A stretch of 31,141 nucleotides of DNA from Ilumatobacteraceae bacterium. GTDB lineage: Bacteria; Actinomycetota; Acidimicrobiia; Acidimicrobiales; Ilumatobacteraceae. Below the pieces are notes generated by a model that saw nothing but the letters and a program-made list of their open reading frames with translations, was not told the DNA's origin and did not search any database. The stretch spans positions 1 through 31,141 of the forward strand of contig JAODBQ010000287.1 in the NCBI GenBank assembly GCA_025464045.1, written 5' to 3'. Positions 27,594-31,141 of the stretch are shown piece after piece (position 1 is the first letter of the stretch; every line of letters starts with the position of its first letter). The position numbers were made by a program, and so were the translations under genes.

Positions 27594-27597
27594 CCGA

Positions 27598-28371
27598 ATG
27601 GAAGCGACGCACCCTCCGGAGATTCTGGGGCTGCTCAGTGACCCGCTTCGATGGCAGCTGATCGCCGAGCTCGGCCGCAGCGATCGCCGCGTCGGTGAGC
27701 TCGTGCAGCTCGTCGGCAAACCGCAGAACGTGGTGTCCTACCACCTGGCCGAGCTCCGGCAAGCTGGCATCGCCACCGCCCGCCGGAGCTCGGCCGATGG
27801 CCGCGACGTCTACTACCGAGCCGACCTGATCCGCTGTCGGGACCTTCTCGGCGAGGCCGGGCACTCGCTCCATCCCGCGCTCTCGCTCGCACCGACGTCG
27901 CCCGGCGAGGTGAAGCCGCGAAGGGCTCGACCGCGAGTGCTGTTCCTGTGCACCGGGAACAGCGCGCGCTCCCAGATCGCCGAAGCCCTCCTCGACCACC
28001 GATCGGCCGGCACCGTCGACGCCCGCAGTGCAGGCAGCCATCCCAAGCCACTGCACCCGAACGCGGTGCGGGTCATGGCTGAGCGCGATGTCGACATCGC
28101 CCGTCGCGCCACGAAGTCGCTCGCGCGCTACACACGGACCCGATTCGACAGGATCGTCACGCTCTGCGACAAGGTCCGCGAGATCTGCCCGCAGTTCCCA
28201 GGGCCGCCGACCGCAGCGCACTGGAGCATCGCCGATCCCGCCGCTGCCGGCGACGACGACGAGGCCACGTACCCCGCGTTCCAACGCGTCGCAGACGAGA
28301 TCGAGAGCCGCGTGGCCCTCCTGCTCGCCGATCTCATGACCCGACCCATTGAAAGGACACACCATGGCTGA
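27598..28371 (+). CDS. ArsR-family HTH fused to an LMW-PTP/ArsC-type arsenate reductase domain
   Basis: LSDPLRWQLI...QNVVSYHLAELRQAG...GRDVYY (ArsR); LFLCTGNSARSQIAE P-loop, SAGSHP, TLCDKVREICP (C-x6-C), HWSIADP (ArsC). Confidence 0.9.
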   Translation: MEATHPPEILGLLSDPLRWQLIAELGRSDRRVGELVQLVGKPQNVVSYHLAELRQAGIATARRSSADGRDVYYRADLIRCRDLLGEAGHSLHPALSLAPTSPGEVKPRRARPRVLFLCTGNSARSQIAEALLDHRSAGTVDARSAGSHPKPLHPNAVRVMAERDVDIARRATKSLARYTRTRFDRIVTLCDKVREICPQFPGPPTAAHWSIADPAAAGDDDEATYPAFQRVADEIESRVALLLADLMTRPIERTHHG

Positions 28372-28750
28372 TCCCGCGATCGTCAGCGTTCGATACCTGG
28401 TCCACGACGTGCAGGCCAGCGTCGACTTCTACACCCAGCACTTCGGGTTCATCGTCGGCATCGCAAGTCCGGCCTTCGCCGATGCCACCCGAGGAAACCT
28501 GCGACTCCTCCTCTCCGGTCCACAGAGCTCGGCCGGCCACGCGATGACCGATGGGGAACGACCCGGCCCCGGAGGTTGGAACCGCATCCACCTCATCGTC
28601 GACGACCTCGACAGCGAGGTCGCCCGCCTCACCGCGGAGGGGGTGCAGTTTCGCAACGACATCGTCACCGGTCCGGGCGGAGCACAAGTCCTTGCAGTCG
28701 ACCCGTCGGGAAACCTCGTCGAGCTGTTCCAACCCGCTGGCACATCGTGA
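28364..28750 (+). CDS. VOC/glyoxalase family protein
   Basis: GAAAGGA RBS, overlapping the arsR-arsC stop; SVRYLVHDVQASVDFYTQHFGF, GGWNRIHLIVDDL, DPSGNLVELFQP. Confidence 0.88.
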   Translation: MADPAIVSVRYLVHDVQASVDFYTQHFGFIVGIASPAFADATRGNLRLLLSGPQSSAGHAMTDGERPGPGGWNRIHLIVDDLDSEVARLTAEGVQFRNDIVTGPGGAQVLAVDPSGNLVELFQPAGTS

Positions 28751-28851
28751 ACGCGCAGATGGTGACGCCCGGAATCGAGCACATCGCGCTGAGGGCGCCC
28801 AACCTGGACGAACAGGTGGAGCGCTTGACCAGCGCGTTCGGAGACCAGTGA
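28747..28851 (+). pseudogene. Truncated VOC-like fragment (34 aa)
   Basis: GTGA-coupled to the preceding VOC gene. IEHIALRAPNLDEQVERLTSAFG resembles the first beta-alpha unit of VOC proteins, then a stop. Confidence 0.45.
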
Positions 28852-28950
28852 GGCACATCGCTCGTTGAGACGACGAGCACAGGAGGGGCGGCGATGTCGA
28901 GTGTGCGGCGAAGGAGCGCAGCGTCGCGTCGCTGGATGCCGGTGGGCGCG

Positions 28951-29448
28951 TCAGCGTCTGCGAGTGCCGTCGATGGTCTCGCGGATGATGTCGGCGTGGC
29001 CGGCGTGGTGAGCGGTCTCCTCGATCATGTGCAACGCGACCCACCGCAGGTTCTGGTCGGCCATCTTCGGCCATGCGCACGGCGCGTCGAGATCGAAGGT
29101 GCTCAAGATCTCGTTCGAGGCGGCGATCTGCGCCCGGTAGTCAGCGACGACCGTCTCGACCGTGTCGTTCTCGGTGAGCTGGAAGGTCGGGTCCACCTCC
29201 TCCGACTGCACCTCAGGCCACTCGTCCGGGAAGCTACGGCCGGCCACGATGACCTGGAACCAGCGCCGCTCCCAGATCGCTGAGTGCTTGATCAAGCTCA
29301 GCAGCGACAGCGAGCTCACGGTGGGTGTCATCCGCGCCTGCTCGTCGGTGAGGCCGTGGAGCTTGTCGAGCAGACCCTCGCGTTGGTCGTCGAGGAACTC
29401 GCACAGGCCTGCTCGTTCCGTCTCAGGCGACGCCTTGGATGCCGACAT
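28951..29448 (-). CDS. DinB/DUF664 family protein (mycothiol S-transferase-like superfamily)
   Basis: EFLDDQREGLLDKLHGL, SLLSLIKHSAIWERRWF, LRWVALHMIEETAHHAGHADIIRETIDG. TACGTT lies 6 nt before the ATG (leaderless). Confidence 0.88.
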   Translation of the reverse strand: MSASKASPETERAGLCEFLDDQREGLLDKLHGLTDEQARMTPTVSSLSLLSLIKHSAIWERRWFQVIVAGRSFPDEWPEVQSEEVDPTFQLTENDTVETVVADYRAQIAASNEILSTFDLDAPCAWPKMADQNLRWVALHMIEETAHHAGHADIIRETIDGTRRR

Positions 29449-29506
29449 GCCGAGAACGTACCGACTGGACCGTGTCGATTCTGACGCACAGCCCGTCAGC
29501 CCCCAG

Positions 29507-29767
29507 CCTCCCAACAGCCAGACAAGGTGGGCGCGACATGCGCCACACCCGGCACACCGCGCGCCCACCCTCCCAACAACCAGACAAGGTGGGCGCGACA
29601 TGCGCCACCCCCGGCACACTGCGCGCCCACCCTCCCAGCAACCAGAAAAGGTGGGCGCGACATGCGCCACACCCGGCACACTGCGCGCCCACCCTCCCAG
29701 CAACCAGACAAGGTGGGCGCGACATGCGCCACATCCGGCACACTGCGCGCCCACCCTCCCAGCAACC
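29507..29767. repeat. Tandem array of about 4.2 x 62-bp palindromic units
   Basis: Unit starts at 29518, 29580, 29642 and 29704. Consensus CCAGACAAGGTGGGCGCGACATGCGCCACACCCGGCACACTGCGCGCCCACCCTCCCAGCAA. Internal inverted repeat GGTGGGCGCG/CGCGCCCACC. Confidence 0.92.
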
Positions 29768-29865
29768 GCGGTTCCACCACGAGCACCGGTTCGCCTCGGC
29801 AGGCGACGGGGTGTCGGACATCGAACGACACCGGCTCACTACGGTGGCCTGCGGAGGTACCCGTC

Positions 29866-29898
29866 ATGCGAAACGCCAGCGTCGGAATGCCGAAATGA
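29866..29898 (+). CDS. Putative 10-aa uORF (MRNASVGMPK) coupled to the double-VOC gene
   Basis: GGAGG 8 nt upstream of ATG 29866; its stop overlaps the VOC start (ATGA). Confidence 0.3.
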   Translation: MRNASVGMPK

Positions 29899-30629
29899 CT
29901 TCTCAGCTCGTTGCTCTCTGTTTCGATGCGAACGATCCGCTCCGGCTCGCGCGCTTCTGGGCCGAGGCGCTGCGCTGGGACGTCGGTGACGAGACCGGTG
30001 GCGTCGTCAGTCTCGTGCCGACCGACGGCACGAGGTTCCAGATCGATTTCGGGCCTGTCCCGGAACCGAAGGGGCCGTGGGCGAACCGGCTGCACCTCGA
30101 CCTGACCACCACATCCCTCGACGACCAGGCGGAGACGGTCGAGCGATTGATCGAGTTGGGTGGCCGACACATCGACATCGGTCAGGGCCCAGAGGACGAA
30201 CATGTCGTGCTCGCCGACCCCGAGGGCAACGAGCTCTGCATCATCGAGCCGACCAACAACTTCCTCTCGACCTGCGGGCGTCTCGGCTCGATCACATGCG
30301 ATGGGACGCGCGAGGTCGGATGCTTCTGGAGTGCAGCGCTCGGCTGGCCGTTGGTCTGGGATCAGAACGAAGAGACCGCGATCCGCGCACCGGACCTCAC
30401 CGGTCCGATGATCACGTGGGGTGGCGCACCGCTGAACCCGAAGCTCGGGAAGAACAGACTTCATCTCGACATCGCTCCGCTCGCCGACGGCGATCAGCAG
30501 GCCGAAGTCGACCGACTCATCTCGTTGGGGGCGAGGCGAATCGACATCGGCCAGGGCGATGTCGATTGGGCCGTCATGGCCGACCCCGACGACAACGAGT
30601 TCTGTGTGCTGACTCCGCGCCAGCTGTAG
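29895..30629 (+). CDS. Tandem two-domain VOC (glyoxalase-like) protein
   Basis: Two copies of the pattern FW..AL.W...NRLHLD....ADP.GNE.C. The ORF-track extension to 29439 only reads through the repeat. Confidence 0.88.
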   Translation: MTSQLVALCFDANDPLRLARFWAEALRWDVGDETGGVVSLVPTDGTRFQIDFGPVPEPKGPWANRLHLDLTTTSLDDQAETVERLIELGGRHIDIGQGPEDEHVVLADPEGNELCIIEPTNNFLSTCGRLGSITCDGTREVGCFWSAALGWPLVWDQNEETAIRAPDLTGPMITWGGAPLNPKLGKNRLHLDIAPLADGDQQAEVDRLISLGARRIDIGQGDVDWAVMADPDDNEFCVLTPRQL

Positions 30630-30664
30630 CCGCGCCCCGTCTCCGGGCTACTTGCTCAGCGGGA

Positions 30665-31141
30665 TCAGAACGACCTGTCCGGCGAGGTGTTGCCGTGTGG
30701 CTCGGGCGGTGGTGTCGGACCGGGATCGCGCAGGAGCTGGTTGACCCGTGCGGCCTGATGGGTCTGGTGGGCGCGTTCCTGCAAACTCGGGGCGTCGCGA
30801 GCGGCCTCGGCGTACAGGCGCGCCGCGGTGCGGAGGTCACCGTTGCGCTCGTGGAGGTGGGCGTCGACGGCGCTGCGACGCGGGACGTCGTCGGCAACCT
30901 CGGCCAACGCCGCGAGCCCGGCCGGCGCCCCGTCGGCCTCGCCGACCGCGACGGCTCGGTTGAGCCGGACGACCGGCGTATCGGTGAGCCGGAGCAGCTC
31001 GTCATACCAGCCGACGATTTGAACCCAATCAGTCTCCTCCACACGTCGTGCATCCGCGTGGAGCGCGGCGATCGCGGCTTGGGCCTGATACGGGCCGAGC
31101 TGATCTCGCGCGAGCGCCGTTTGCAGCCTCGCGACCCCCTC
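30665..31141 (-). CDS. 3' part of an ECF sigma factor with C-terminal TPR-like (DUF6596-type) extension; 5' end outside the window
   Basis: Frame open to 31141: ...LGPYQAQAAIAALHADA...TDWVQIVGWYDELLRLTDTPVVRLNRAVAV. Confidence 0.8.
   Translation of the reverse strand, partial: EGVARLQTALARDQLGPYQAQAAIAALHADARRVEETDWVQIVGWYDELLRLTDTPVVRLNRAVAVGEADGAPAGLAALAEVADDVPRRSAVDAHLHERNGDLRTAARLYAEAARDAPSLQERAHQTHQAARVNQLLRDPGPTPPPEPHGNTSPDRSF

Noticed and set aside
29507-29767. CRISPR array
   Set aside because: Units are near-identical over their whole 62 bp, with no unique spacers, and no cas genes are in the window.
29439-29894. N-terminal extension of the VOC protein, or other ORFs through the repeat
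   Set aside because: The period of 62 shifts frame each unit. All frames are open only because the repeat lacks stops, and the VOC-like sequence begins at 29895.

Overview
High-GC actinobacterial DNA. F420-type LLM enzyme, MMPL, AfsR/SARP regulator, DinB/VOC proteins and many apparently leaderless genes point to Actinomycetota; Acidimicrobiia-like is an inference only. I found no rRNA, tRNA, CRISPR or transposase. Left to right: (1) the 3' end of an LLM/F420 oxidoreductase; (2) a PaaX-family regulator and an aerobic benzoyl-CoA (box) operon: boxC, boxB, benzoate-CoA ligase, alpha/beta hydrolase, VOC protein and single-barrel MetE-like Zn enzyme, with no boxA, boxD or boxR in the window; (3) a small membrane protein; (4) an unannotated three-gene surface locus: a secreted Gly/Ser/Thr/Asn/Gln repeat protein, a hairpin cassette, an LPATG sortase-type protein sharing the same GGN/TTG motifs, and a coupled lipoprotein, which is my best candidate for an undescribed fibre/amyloid-like system; (5) LtrA, MFS, DUF4389, a SARP-NB-ARC-TPR regulator, MMPL and an orphan family-5 solute-binding lipoprotein; (6) chrA with a coupled leader ORF, divergent from an ArsR-ArsC fusion and VOC gene; (7) DinB, a 62-bp palindromic tandem array, a double-VOC gene and the 3' end of an ECF sigma factor. 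All family calls come from motif recognition by eye, not database searches.
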